This document shows, one piece after another, positions 19,573-28,108 of a DNA stretch of 28,967 nucleotides. This stretch comes from Desulfobacterales bacterium (lineage in GTDB: Bacteria > Desulfobacterota > Desulfobacteria > Desulfobacterales > JAHEIW01). Positions within the stretch are counted from its first letter, which is position 1. Each line of letters starts with the position of its first letter. The DNA lies in the NCBI GenBank assembly GCA_050053555.1, contig JASFTL010000001.1, positions 1 through 28,967 of the forward strand, in the 5' to 3' direction. The notes under the pieces are model-generated. The model worked only from the letters and a program-made list of their open reading frames with translations, did no database searches and had not been told where the DNA came from. The position numbers and the translations under genes were made by a program.

Positions 19573-20962
19573 TATTTGCTTTAAATGGGCAGGGCTCATG
19601 GCCGTTGGTTTTATGGTCTTCACAGGCTGTGCCCATACGGTTCCGGTCATCCCCAATCCACCTTTGCAGACCGGTGTTGACCGGATTCCACTTGATGTTG
19701 GACTTTTTGTATCCGAGGAATTCAGAAATTTTAAAGTTTCAGAATACAAAATGGGTGATCAATGGAATTATACCAACCTAGGGGCGGCAAGTGCTTCTCA
19801 ATTTAAACTATGTTTAGACCAGCAATTTCTCTCGGTTGAACTTGTCGACCGAATTCCGCCATTTGCGGATGAAAATAAACGAACCGTACATGCGGTTCTT
19901 GAACCGATAATCGATCAATTTGACTTTGGTATCCCGCTGACGAAATTTCAAGTTTATCCAGCCAGAATAAGATACCGAATCAAGGTTTATGATGTTGAAG
20001 GAAATATTATTTTAAGAGATGAAGTTGAAGGAATAGGAGATACTCAGGGCCGGCCCGGATTTGATTTTTCAGAAAATCCATCTAAATCCGCATCTAAAGC
20101 GGTTGAGGACGGCGTCCGCAAAGCCGTTGAAAAGATGGTGAGATCAGATAAAATAATACGCCTGCTCGAATTCGGAAATATCCACAATCCACAAGCAGAT
20201 AAAGGTGATTTTAAATCTGCGCAAAAAAGTACAGACCAATTTAACGCCGCTCATACATCAATATCGGAACTGGAAGCCGAGAAAAAACGGATTGCGGAGG
20301 AAGAAGCCCAAATTGCGCGCTTGCGTCAGGAGCTTGCGCAATTGAAAGCCGAAAGCGGACAAGGGCAAAAGGCTGAAACACCCAAACTGGCGGCTATTCC
20401 CATGCCAGTGCAGGCAGTGAAGGTCACATTGCGCAAAAAACCCAAGGAACTTACCGAGCGGGATATCAAAAACATGCTCTTGAAATATCATTTTTTTGAA
20501 AGTCAGCGTTACCCGATAGGCAGTTTTGCAAATGAATTTGTAGATAATCAGGATGACACCATAACCGACACGGTTACAGGTTTGATGTGGCAGAAGAGAG
20601 GCTCTGGAAGACCGTTGGAAAATAAAGATGCTGTAAAATACATCAAACAACTCAATAAGCGGCGGTTTGCAGGATATGCAGACTGGCGAATGCCGACCTT
20701 AGAGGAATTAGCATCCCTTCTTGAGAAAAACAAAAAAAGTGGTGCCCACATAGACCCTATATTTGATACGCAACAAAGACGGTGTTGGGGTTCAGATAAA
20801 CGTACCGAACTTGATGATGGGCATTACGGCGGTTGGATGGTCAGATTTTCCGATGGCGGCGTCAGGCCCGTGAAATGGGCTACTTATCAGGCTGTGAAGT
20901 CTGGATGGGCTCGTCCATTTAATGATAACAATTACGTCAGAGCCGTGCGTTCTTTAGAATGA
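19556..20962 (+). CDS. Lipoprotein with unknown N-domain, coiled coil and C-terminal DUF1566 domain
   Basis: Lipobox FTGC; coiled coil ISELEAEKKRIAEEEAQIARLRQELAQLKAE; DTITDTVTGLMWQK, YADWRMPTLEEL, YVRAVR. Confidence 0.85.
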   Translation: MKPEYNICFKWAGLMAVGFMVFTGCAHTVPVIPNPPLQTGVDRIPLDVGLFVSEEFRNFKVSEYKMGDQWNYTNLGAASASQFKLCLDQQFLSVELVDRIPPFADENKRTVHAVLEPIIDQFDFGIPLTKFQVYPARIRYRIKVYDVEGNIILRDEVEGIGDTQGRPGFDFSENPSKSASKAVEDGVRKAVEKMVRSDKIIRLLEFGNIHNPQADKGDFKSAQKSTDQFNAAHTSISELEAEKKRIAEEEAQIARLRQELAQLKAESGQGQKAETPKLAAIPMPVQAVKVTLRKKPKELTERDIKNMLLKYHFFESQRYPIGSFANEFVDNQDDTITDTVTGLMWQKRGSGRPLENKDAVKYIKQLNKRRFAGYADWRMPTLEELASLLEKNKKSGAHIDPIFDTQQRRCWGSDKRTELDDGHYGGWMVRFSDGGVRPVKWATYQAVKSGWARPFNDNNYVRAVRSLE

Positions 20963-20975
20963 AATAAAGCTAAAA

Positions 20976-20996
20976 GTGCTGAGGACTGAGGTCTGA
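20976..20996. repeat. Short heptamer tandem (gtgctga ggactga ggtctga)
   Basis: Same unit as 15131-15158; aagtgct (20974-20980) can pair with agcactt at about 21019-21025. Confidence 0.6.
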
Positions 20997-21047
20997 ACCG
21001 ATCCGCAACACCGCCATGAGCACTTAGACGCTTTTTTGAGATAGCTT

Positions 21048-22463
21048 TTAGAGTTTGAGCGTGATGTAGTAGCCCTGCTCCCCTCTTTGCAGTAAAATCA
21101 CCAGCGATCGTTTCTGACGGTACTTGACGACCGCCTTTTTGAAATCATCTTTGTTCTCGATGGCCGTGTCGTCAAGTTGTCGAATGACATCTCCCGGCCG
21201 GGCGCCGATCTTGGCCAGTTGGCTGCGGCTGTCGATCTCTGAAATGACCACGCCCTCGCGGGCCGCGGTTCGATAATACCGGCGGTTTCTTTTGGTCAAG
21301 TCTTCGACCCGAATTCCCATTAATCGGAAGGCCAGATCTTCGGCCAATTCCATGGGAAACATCCGGGTCTTAACTCGGACGGCTTGTATTTCACCATCGC
21401 GCCATATTCGGGCCACGAGCGAATCCCCGGCGGCATAGGCTTTTTTAATCGACCAGTAATCGCGCACCGAAGCGATCTTTTTTTTACCAATCGCCAGGAT
21501 AATATCGCCTTCCAGCAGACCGGCTTCGTTTGCGGGGCTCTGAGGCTCAACGGAATTTACCATAACCCCTTTTTTGCCGGGTACTTTCAGATAGCTGGCC
21601 AGCCTGGCGTCCAGATTTTGTACGGTTATGCCGATCCAGGCCTGGATAACTTCGCCGAACTGAATTAAATCAGAAATAATTTTTTTGGCTTTGTTGATGG
21701 GAATTGCAAAACCAATGCCCTGGGCCTTGGCGTAAATGGCGGTATTGATGCCGATCAAATCGCCGTTGATATTCAACAGAGGGCCGCCGCTGTTTCCGGG
21801 GTTAATGGAAGCGTCAATCTGGATAAAGTCCAGATACACTTTATCTTCGGCCCGGATACTGCGGTTGACGGCGCTGATGACACCGGTGGTCACTGTGTGC
21901 GAAAACCCGAAAGGGTTACCGATGGCAATGACGGTCTCGCCGATCATCAGGTCATCGCTGCTGCCCATTTCGATGGACGGCAACCGTTTTTGGGAGTCGA
22001 TTTTTAAAACGGCTAAATCCGAGTCCGGATCGGCACCCACAATTGCGGCTTCGAATTCGCGTTCATCCTGCAACACCACCTTAATTTTGCCGGCCCGTTC
22101 GATGACATGCGCGTTGGTGAGGATAAAGCCCCGCTTGCCGTCGATAATCACACCGGAACCCAGACTGCTGCTCTGCTGGCGCTGTTCAAATCTGGGGTCA
22201 AAGAAGTCTTTAAAAAATTCGTCGAAAAAAGGATTCATACCAAAACCGGAGAAGGGATTGGTGCGCTTGCGGACCTCATAGGAGGAGCTTATATTGACTA
22301 CAGCTGGACTAACCTTACGCACCGCCCGGACCACCGGGCTTTCGCGCTCATTTTTCAGGGCATCGCCTGAAGGCGGTATTGTCAGTCCCAGAAGCAGAAA
22401 AGAAACCAGGACAAAGAGAATGCGACCTGTTTTTTTTATGATCGGCATGAAGTGGCTGGGCAT
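21048..22463 (-). CDS. Do/DegP/DegQ (HtrA) family serine endopeptidase, trypsin domain + 2 PDZ
   Basis: SLGSGVII, TNAHV (His), DLAVL (Asp), INPGNSGGPL (Ser), two PDZ-like regions, N-terminal signal/anchor. Confidence 0.96.
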   Translation of the reverse strand: MPSHFMPIIKKTGRILFVLVSFLLLGLTIPPSGDALKNERESPVVRAVRKVSPAVVNISSSYEVRKRTNPFSGFGMNPFFDEFFKDFFDPRFEQRQQSSSLGSGVIIDGKRGFILTNAHVIERAGKIKVVLQDEREFEAAIVGADPDSDLAVLKIDSQKRLPSIEMGSSDDLMIGETVIAIGNPFGFSHTVTTGVISAVNRSIRAEDKVYLDFIQIDASINPGNSGGPLLNINGDLIGINTAIYAKAQGIGFAIPINKAKKIISDLIQFGEVIQAWIGITVQNLDARLASYLKVPGKKGVMVNSVEPQSPANEAGLLEGDIILAIGKKKIASVRDYWSIKKAYAAGDSLVARIWRDGEIQAVRVKTRMFPMELAEDLAFRLMGIRVEDLTKRNRRYYRTAAREGVVISEIDSRSQLAKIGARPGDVIRQLDDTAIENKDDFKKAVVKYRQKRSLVILLQRGEQGYYITLKL

Positions 22464-22603
22464 ATCGATCCTTCCGTCTATTCAGTTTCGGTTGGGTTGG
22501 AAATCAAGGCACATTTAGACTGCCAGAATATAAACATCACCGCATAAAAATAAAGAAGGCTGCTTCATTTTTTAGAATTAATCTGGTAACATAACTCCGA
22601 AAG

Positions 22604-22757
22604 AAAATGCCTAAAATGCCTAAAGTGAGCTAAAGTGCCTGAAGTTTAGGAACTCTACCCGCCGAGAGCCTCTGGGTCGAACGATCATCTTAATTTAAAA
22701 GGTGGAGCGCCACGCGGCGCAAGCGACAACACAATTTTAGGCATTTTAGATCATTTT
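22604..22757. repeat. Tandem nonamer repeats with inverted arm flanking a ~90-nt core
   Basis: aaaatgcct aaaatgcct aaagtgagct aaagtgcct (22604-22640); inverted arm aattttaggcattttagatcatttt (22733-22757). Confidence 0.8.
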
Positions 22758-22826
22758 TTTTGTGTATTTTGGAAAACTTCGAACGAGGTTACGATTATTG
22801 AATGTTTAGCACTTCCCAGTGTATCT

Positions 22827-25355
22827 ATGAGCATCAAAGCGATTGAAGACATTTTACCCTTGGTTGAGAAACCCAGCCGCTATTTGGGGGGCGAAATCAA
22901 TCAGGTCAAAAAGGATTTGGACAGTGTCAAGCTGCGGTTTGCGCTGGCCTTTCCGGACCTTTATGAAATTGGCACCTCCCATTTCGGGATGCAGATTTTG
23001 TATCATATTCTCAACTCTCATGCGGATATCGCGGCCGAGAGGGTTTTTGCACCCGGAGTCGACATGGAGGCGCGCCTGCGGTCTGCGGGATTGCCGCTGT
23101 TTTCCCTGGAATCCCGTCAGCCCCTGAACCGTTTTGATATCATCGGATTCAGCCTGCTTTACGAGCTGAATTACACCAATATCCTGACCATTCTGGATCT
23201 GGCCGGTATTCCGTTTTATGCCGCGCAGCGCGATAACTCCCATCCGCTGATCATCGCCGGCGGCCCATGTACCTGCAATCCTGAACCGGTTGCGGATTTA
23301 TTTGATGCGATGATTATTGGAGACGGTGAAACGGTCATTATGCAACTGGCGCAATCCTGGATGGACAGCCATACGCATACCCGGCCGGACAGAGAAGGCC
23401 TTCTGAAACGCTGGTCGCAGATTGAAGGGGTCTATATTCCGGCCTTTTTCGAGCCCCAGTATGACGCTTGCGGCTTTCAGACCGTGGTGCCGCGTTATCC
23501 GGATTATCGCCATGTAACGCGAACCATCGTTGCTGACTTGGATCAGGTACCTTTTCCGGACAAACCGATCGTTCCCTACGGCAAGCCCGTGCACGATCGC
23601 CTGCGGCTGGAAGTTGCCAGGGGCTGTACCCGGGGCTGCCGATTCTGTCAGGCCGGTATGATCTATCGCCCGGTGCGGGAACGGTCGCCGGAATCTTTAC
23701 TGGAGCTTGGCGCCCGATCCATTGGCACCACCGGATATGAAGATATATCAATGCTGTCGCTAAGCACCGGCGATTACGGGTGTATCGTACCATTGATGGA
23801 ACGCTTGATGTCCCGTTTTGCGGCGGAAAATGTGGCTGTTTCGCTGCCGTCTCTGAGGGCCGGCACCCTGACGCCGGAGCTGATGAAGCTGATCAAAACG
23901 GTTCGCAAAACCGGTTTTACGATTGCGCCCGAAGCCGGCAGCCGGCGGCTGCGGGACGTGATCAACAAAAATATCAGTGAAACCGAAATAATTGCGACGG
24001 TCAAAGATGCCTTTGATCTGGGCTGGCAAGTAATCAAACTCTATTTTATGATCGGGCTTCCCACCGAAACTGATGAAGATATAGCGGCGCTGGTGGATTT
24101 AGTCAAAGGGCTGCGCAAAATCAAACGCCCTCCCAAGCGTCGGGGCCAGATCAATGTCAGCCTGGCGACATTTATTCCCAAACCCCATACGCCCTTTCAA
24201 TGGGCGTCCCAGCTGTCACTGGCAGAATCTGAAGACCGCTTAAGATGGGTTCAGGATCAGCTGAAATTGTCCGGCCTGCAATTAAAATGGCAGCATCCGA
24301 AAGTCAGCTGGCTGGAAGGCGTTTGGGCGCGCGGTGATCGCAGGCTGTGCCGCCTGCTGGTGGCGGCCTATCATAAAGGCTGCAAATTTGACGGCTGGAG
24401 TGATCATTTTCAATACGACCGGTGGGAAGCGGCATTTGGCGAGGAAGGTGTTGACCCTGATTTTTATACTACCCGCGCCAGAGATGTCTGCGAGCCGTTG
24501 CCCTGGGATCATATTCATACCCAGGTGACCAAGGCTTTTTTAAAGGATGAATGGGAAACCGCACGTCAGGGAGCTTATACGGCGGATTGCCGGGTTGATG
24601 ACTGCAACCAGTGCGGCGTCTGTGACTTTGACCAGATTGAACCCCTGACGCACCAGAATTTTGGCATAGATACCGTCGAGGCGAATCCATCCCATATTGA
24701 GAAGCAGGTGACTTATAAAAAACTCAGTGTGTTCTATGTCAAGCAGGACGCAGCCAGGTATTTCGGGCATCTTGAGCTGGTTAATATCTTTTTACGCGCC
24801 TTAAAACGAGCCGGTATTGCCGTTAAATTTTCAGAAGGATTTCACCCCAAACCCAAAGTTTCCTTTGATAATCCGTTGCCGGTTGGAATCGAAAGCTTAA
24901 AGGAGCGCTTTATTGCCACCGTACCCGGTCATATAAGACCCCAGGCCGTGATCGATGGCTTAAATGCGCATCTACCTGCCGGACTGAAGATTACCGACTG
25001 TCAACTGGCTCCCAGGAAGGCCTCGCTAACTTCCCAGCCGCTTATACGGTACCGGGTTGAACTCAAAGCGGATCTTTTCCAGGAAGCCCGCTTAAAGGCT
25101 TTTAACGATATGTCAGAAGCACCCATTACGCTGACGAGCCGAAAAGGAAAGTTGAAAAAGATAGATTTAAAGGATATTGTAGAAAAATGTGAATTGGTGA
25201 GTGCGCGACAGCTGAATTTTACACTCAAATCACAACCGGGAAAAACGGTTCGGCCGTTTGATATTCTGCGCCATATTTTCGATCTGAGCGAAGAGCAGGT
25301 CAAACAGGCAACTATTACTAAGGTGGGAGAGTTATCGAACGACTTGGGAGTTTAG
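22827..25355 (+). CDS. TIGR03960-family B12-binding radical SAM protein fused to a TIGR03936 (DUF2344) domain
   Basis: VEKPSRYLGGE N-terminus, FPDLYEIG, CxxxCxxC (GCTRGCRFCQAG), CNQCGVC, C-terminal HLEL..IFLRALKRAGI.VKFSEGFHPKPK. Confidence 0.93.
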   Translation: MSIKAIEDILPLVEKPSRYLGGEINQVKKDLDSVKLRFALAFPDLYEIGTSHFGMQILYHILNSHADIAAERVFAPGVDMEARLRSAGLPLFSLESRQPLNRFDIIGFSLLYELNYTNILTILDLAGIPFYAAQRDNSHPLIIAGGPCTCNPEPVADLFDAMIIGDGETVIMQLAQSWMDSHTHTRPDREGLLKRWSQIEGVYIPAFFEPQYDACGFQTVVPRYPDYRHVTRTIVADLDQVPFPDKPIVPYGKPVHDRLRLEVARGCTRGCRFCQAGMIYRPVRERSPESLLELGARSIGTTGYEDISMLSLSTGDYGCIVPLMERLMSRFAAENVAVSLPSLRAGTLTPELMKLIKTVRKTGFTIAPEAGSRRLRDVINKNISETEIIATVKDAFDLGWQVIKLYFMIGLPTETDEDIAALVDLVKGLRKIKRPPKRRGQINVSLATFIPKPHTPFQWASQLSLAESEDRLRWVQDQLKLSGLQLKWQHPKVSWLEGVWARGDRRLCRLLVAAYHKGCKFDGWSDHFQYDRWEAAFGEEGVDPDFYTTRARDVCEPLPWDHIHTQVTKAFLKDEWETARQGAYTADCRVDDCNQCGVCDFDQIEPLTHQNFGIDTVEANPSHIEKQVTYKKLSVFYVKQDAARYFGHLELVNIFLRALKRAGIAVKFSEGFHPKPKVSFDNPLPVGIESLKERFIATVPGHIRPQAVIDGLNAHLPAGLKITDCQLAPRKASLTSQPLIRYRVELKADLFQEARLKAFNDMSEAPITLTSRKGKLKKIDLKDIVEKCELVSARQLNFTLKSQPGKTVRPFDILRHIFDLSEEQVKQATITKVGELSNDLGV

Positions 25356-25493
25356 CAACATATTAGGAAGACAATCATAATTTAGATCGGTTGAAAATTC
25401 GAAGCACCAATTTTTTCACAAAACGGCTTTGCGCGGAGGCTGTAATACTTAAGGTTTAATTTTTCTTAATTATAGGTCGAATTCGAAAAACGT

Positions 25494-27038
25494 ATGTACA
25501 AACAACTTGTCATTAATGTGTCCGATCATGAAACCCGGGTGGCACATTTGGAAGATGGAACCATCTGCGAATTGTATGTCGACCGTGGGGATGATTCAGA
25601 TGTCACCGGCAATATTTACAAGGGCAGAGTCTTACGGGTGTTGCCCGGTATGCAGGCTGCTTTTGTGGACGTCGGTCTCAATCAGGCCGCTTTTATCTAT
25701 GTGGATGATGTCTATAACAATGATTTTAAAGCGTATGAGCGCATGTTTGCGATCGAATCTGAGGAAGAAGAGCAGGATTTCGAAACCAAAAGCAATCCCG
25801 ACGAGCCTCCTTTTGAATATAGACGCAATTTTCTAATCGAAGAAATTCTGTCGGAGGGTCAGGAACTGCTGGCCCAGGTCGCCAAATCTCCCATTGGAAC
25901 CAAGGGCGCGCGAATATCGTCTTTTATTTCGCTGCCGGGTCGATTTCTGGTACTCATGCCGACGTCGGACCATATCGGCGTTTCCCGCAGGATCGAAGAT
26001 GAAGCTGAACGCGAACGCTTACGCAAGGCCGCACAGGATTTACGCTCCGGTAATTACGGCTATATCGTGCGGACTGCCGCCGAAGGCGAGCCGGTAGACA
26101 AGCTGGCTTCGGAGATGTCATTTTTGAATAATCTGTGGGAGAACATCAATAAAAAATTTAAAAACGCGCCGTCTCCATCATTGTTGCATCAAGAGCTGTC
26201 CGTCAGCCTGCGTGCGGTAAGGGATTTGCTCATCCATGAAGTTGAAAAGCTGGTCATCGATTCCAAACCGACCTACGATGCGGTTTTATACTTTCTGGAC
26301 ACTTATATGCCGGGCCTAAAAGATCATGTGGTGCTATATGAAGGCGCTGAACCGGTGTTTGACGCCTACAATCTGGAAGGCGACATATCGCGCGCATTGA
26401 AGCGCAAAGTCTGGCTCAAATCCGGCGGATATGTTACCATTGAACACACCGAGGCCCTGGTTGCCATCGATGTCAACACCGGCCGCTATGTCGGCAAACA
26501 TAATCTGGAAGAGACCATATTAAAAACCAATCTTGAGGCCGTCAAAGAGATTGCCTATCAGATACGGCTGCGCGATATCGGCGGTATTATTGTGATTGAT
26601 TTTATCGACATGGAAAAGAGGTCCAACCAGGAAAAGGTGTTCAACGCCTTGAAGGAAGCGCTGGTAAGGGACAAGAGTAAAACCCATGTGCTGCCCATGT
26701 CGGATATGGGACTCATTCAAATGACCCGCAAGCGGACGCGGGAGCCGCTGACCCGGATCCTGTGTGAGCCCTGCTATTACTGTGACGGGGAAGGCTACAT
26801 TGTTTCCAAGCAGTCTATTTGTTACACTATTTTTCGCGAAATTTTGCGGGAATCCCAAGATATGAATGGGATTCGGTTAACCTTGAGAGTTAATCCGCAG
26901 ATTGCCGAGCTGTTGCATGGTGAAGAGAATCATCTGATTACATCTTTGGAACAGAGCATCGGCAAACAAATCGTGATTTATCCCAACACCACTTATCATC
27001 TGGAAGAATTTGATATATTTGAAATTCACAAGGAATAA
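25494..27038 (+). CDS. rng: Rne/Rng family ribonuclease (RNase G-like, no long C-terminal scaffold)
   Basis: GNIYKGRVLRVLPGMQAAFVDVG, IDVNTG, TNLEAVKEIAYQIRLRDIGGIIVIDFIDM, CYYCDGEG zinc link. Confidence 0.95.
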   Translation: MYKQLVINVSDHETRVAHLEDGTICELYVDRGDDSDVTGNIYKGRVLRVLPGMQAAFVDVGLNQAAFIYVDDVYNNDFKAYERMFAIESEEEEQDFETKSNPDEPPFEYRRNFLIEEILSEGQELLAQVAKSPIGTKGARISSFISLPGRFLVLMPTSDHIGVSRRIEDEAERERLRKAAQDLRSGNYGYIVRTAAEGEPVDKLASEMSFLNNLWENINKKFKNAPSPSLLHQELSVSLRAVRDLLIHEVEKLVIDSKPTYDAVLYFLDTYMPGLKDHVVLYEGAEPVFDAYNLEGDISRALKRKVWLKSGGYVTIEHTEALVAIDVNTGRYVGKHNLEETILKTNLEAVKEIAYQIRLRDIGGIIVIDFIDMEKRSNQEKVFNALKEALVRDKSKTHVLPMSDMGLIQMTRKRTREPLTRILCEPCYYCDGEGYIVSKQSICYTIFREILRESQDMNGIRLTLRVNPQIAELLHGEENHLITSLEQSIGKQIVIYPNTTYHLEEFDIFEIHKE

Positions 27039-27042
27039 GTAT

Positions 27043-27097
27043 TCAAATATTTAGCAAAATATTTGATCTTGACATGACTTCAGGCTTGTGATTTATA
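27043..27097 (+). promoter_or_regulatory. Perfect palindrome adjacent to a TTGACA -35 box upstream of rpmH
   Basis: tcaaatattt-agca-aaatatttga (27043-27066), TTGACA at 27069-27074; the -10 candidate (TTTATA/TTATAT) is imperfect. Confidence 0.45.
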
Positions 27098-27195
27098 TCA
27101 AAAATTTCGGGTTTGCCATACCATAACTCGGTAATTTTAAAATTGTCTTAAAAGTCAAAACGATAAAATATAAAATTATTTAAGGGACTTATAAA

Positions 27196-27330
27196 ATGAA
27201 GCGTACTTTTCAGCCCAGCCGTCTTAGACGGGCCAGAAATCACGGATTTCGCAAGCGGATGTCGTCAAAAGCGGGTCGTAGAATAATTAACCGACGGCGA
27301 GCAAAAGGCAGGGCTCGACTCGCAGGTTAA
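27196..27330 (+). CDS. rpmH: 50S ribosomal protein L34 (missing from the ORF track, 44 aa)
   Basis: Own translation: [44 protein letters not shown]. Confidence 0.98.
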   Translation: MKRTFQPSRLRRARNHGFRKRMSSKAGRRIINRRRAKGRARLAG

Positions 27331-27352
27331 AACGGCCGGGATAACGAAATAG

Positions 27353-27709
27353 GTGCCGATGCGTTTTTCCTTTCAAAAGGAAGATCGAATCTTAAAGCGA
27401 TCTGAGTTTCTCGAACTGACCCAATCCGGACGCAAGCTACAAAACGACTGTGTTATCGCTTTTTTTGCACCTGGCCAATACCACCGCCCACGGCTGGGCA
27501 TAACTGTTACACGAAAGGTCGGAAGCGCTGCCCAAAGAAACCGAATCAAACGTCTCATACGCGAATACTTTCGATTAAACCGGCAGCAATTAAAACAAAA
27601 CTGGGATATTAACATTGTAGCCAAGCCAAAGGCCGCAGACCTTTCATCCGAGAAGGTGTTTTCAGCCCTTCAAGATTTGTTTGAAAAGATTTCGAATTGT
27701 GTTGATTAA
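27353..27709 (+). CDS. rnpA: Ribonuclease P protein component
   Basis: [28 protein letters not shown] (RNR motif); lies after rpmH. Confidence 0.97.
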   Translation: MPMRFSFQKEDRILKRSEFLELTQSGRKLQNDCVIAFFAPGQYHRPRLGITVTRKVGSAAQRNRIKRLIREYFRLNRQQLKQNWDINIVAKPKAADLSSEKVFSALQDLFEKISNCVD

Positions 27710-27926
27710 AAAGATTATATCGATATTGATGTTAGCATCGATTAGGGCCTATCAGCTCATATTATCTCCGATTTTAGGCCTATCATGTCGTTTTTATCCA
27801 ACCTGTTCGAATTATGCCTATCAGGCAATCCAGCAGCACGGTCCTTTCAAAGGGTTGTTCATGGCTGCAAAGCGACTGCTACGATGTCATCCTTATCATC
27901 CCGGTGGCGTTGATCCGGTTCCCTAA
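27699..27926 (+). CDS. yidD: Membrane protein insertion efficiency factor YidD
   Basis: YQLILSP...[17 protein letters not shown]...[17 protein letters not shown]; start uncertain (27681, 27699 or 27702). Confidence 0.96.
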   Translation: MLIKKIISILMLASIRAYQLILSPILGLSCRFYPTCSNYAYQAIQQHGPFKGLFMAAKRLLRCHPYHPGGVDPVP

Positions 27927-28108
27927 CCTGCGCGTAACAAAACTTTGCTAATGGTTTTAGCATGGGAAATGGTTTCGGGTAACGGCACTGCCCCTGCTCC
28001 CCAAACGAAGTCCCCGGATAAGAAAACGTTTTGATCATGAAACAAGATGAATCTTCTCGCAAGAGGATGCATCATATCGAACTCATCATTCTAGGTTAGG
28101 AGAAAACA

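Noticed and set aside
17618-22826. Complete DGR in the window
   Set aside because: No reverse transcriptase or avd gene, and no third copy of either DUF1566 3' end in the intergenic regions.
27039-27195. oriC
   Set aside because: AT-rich, but no DnaA boxes and no dnaA adjacent.
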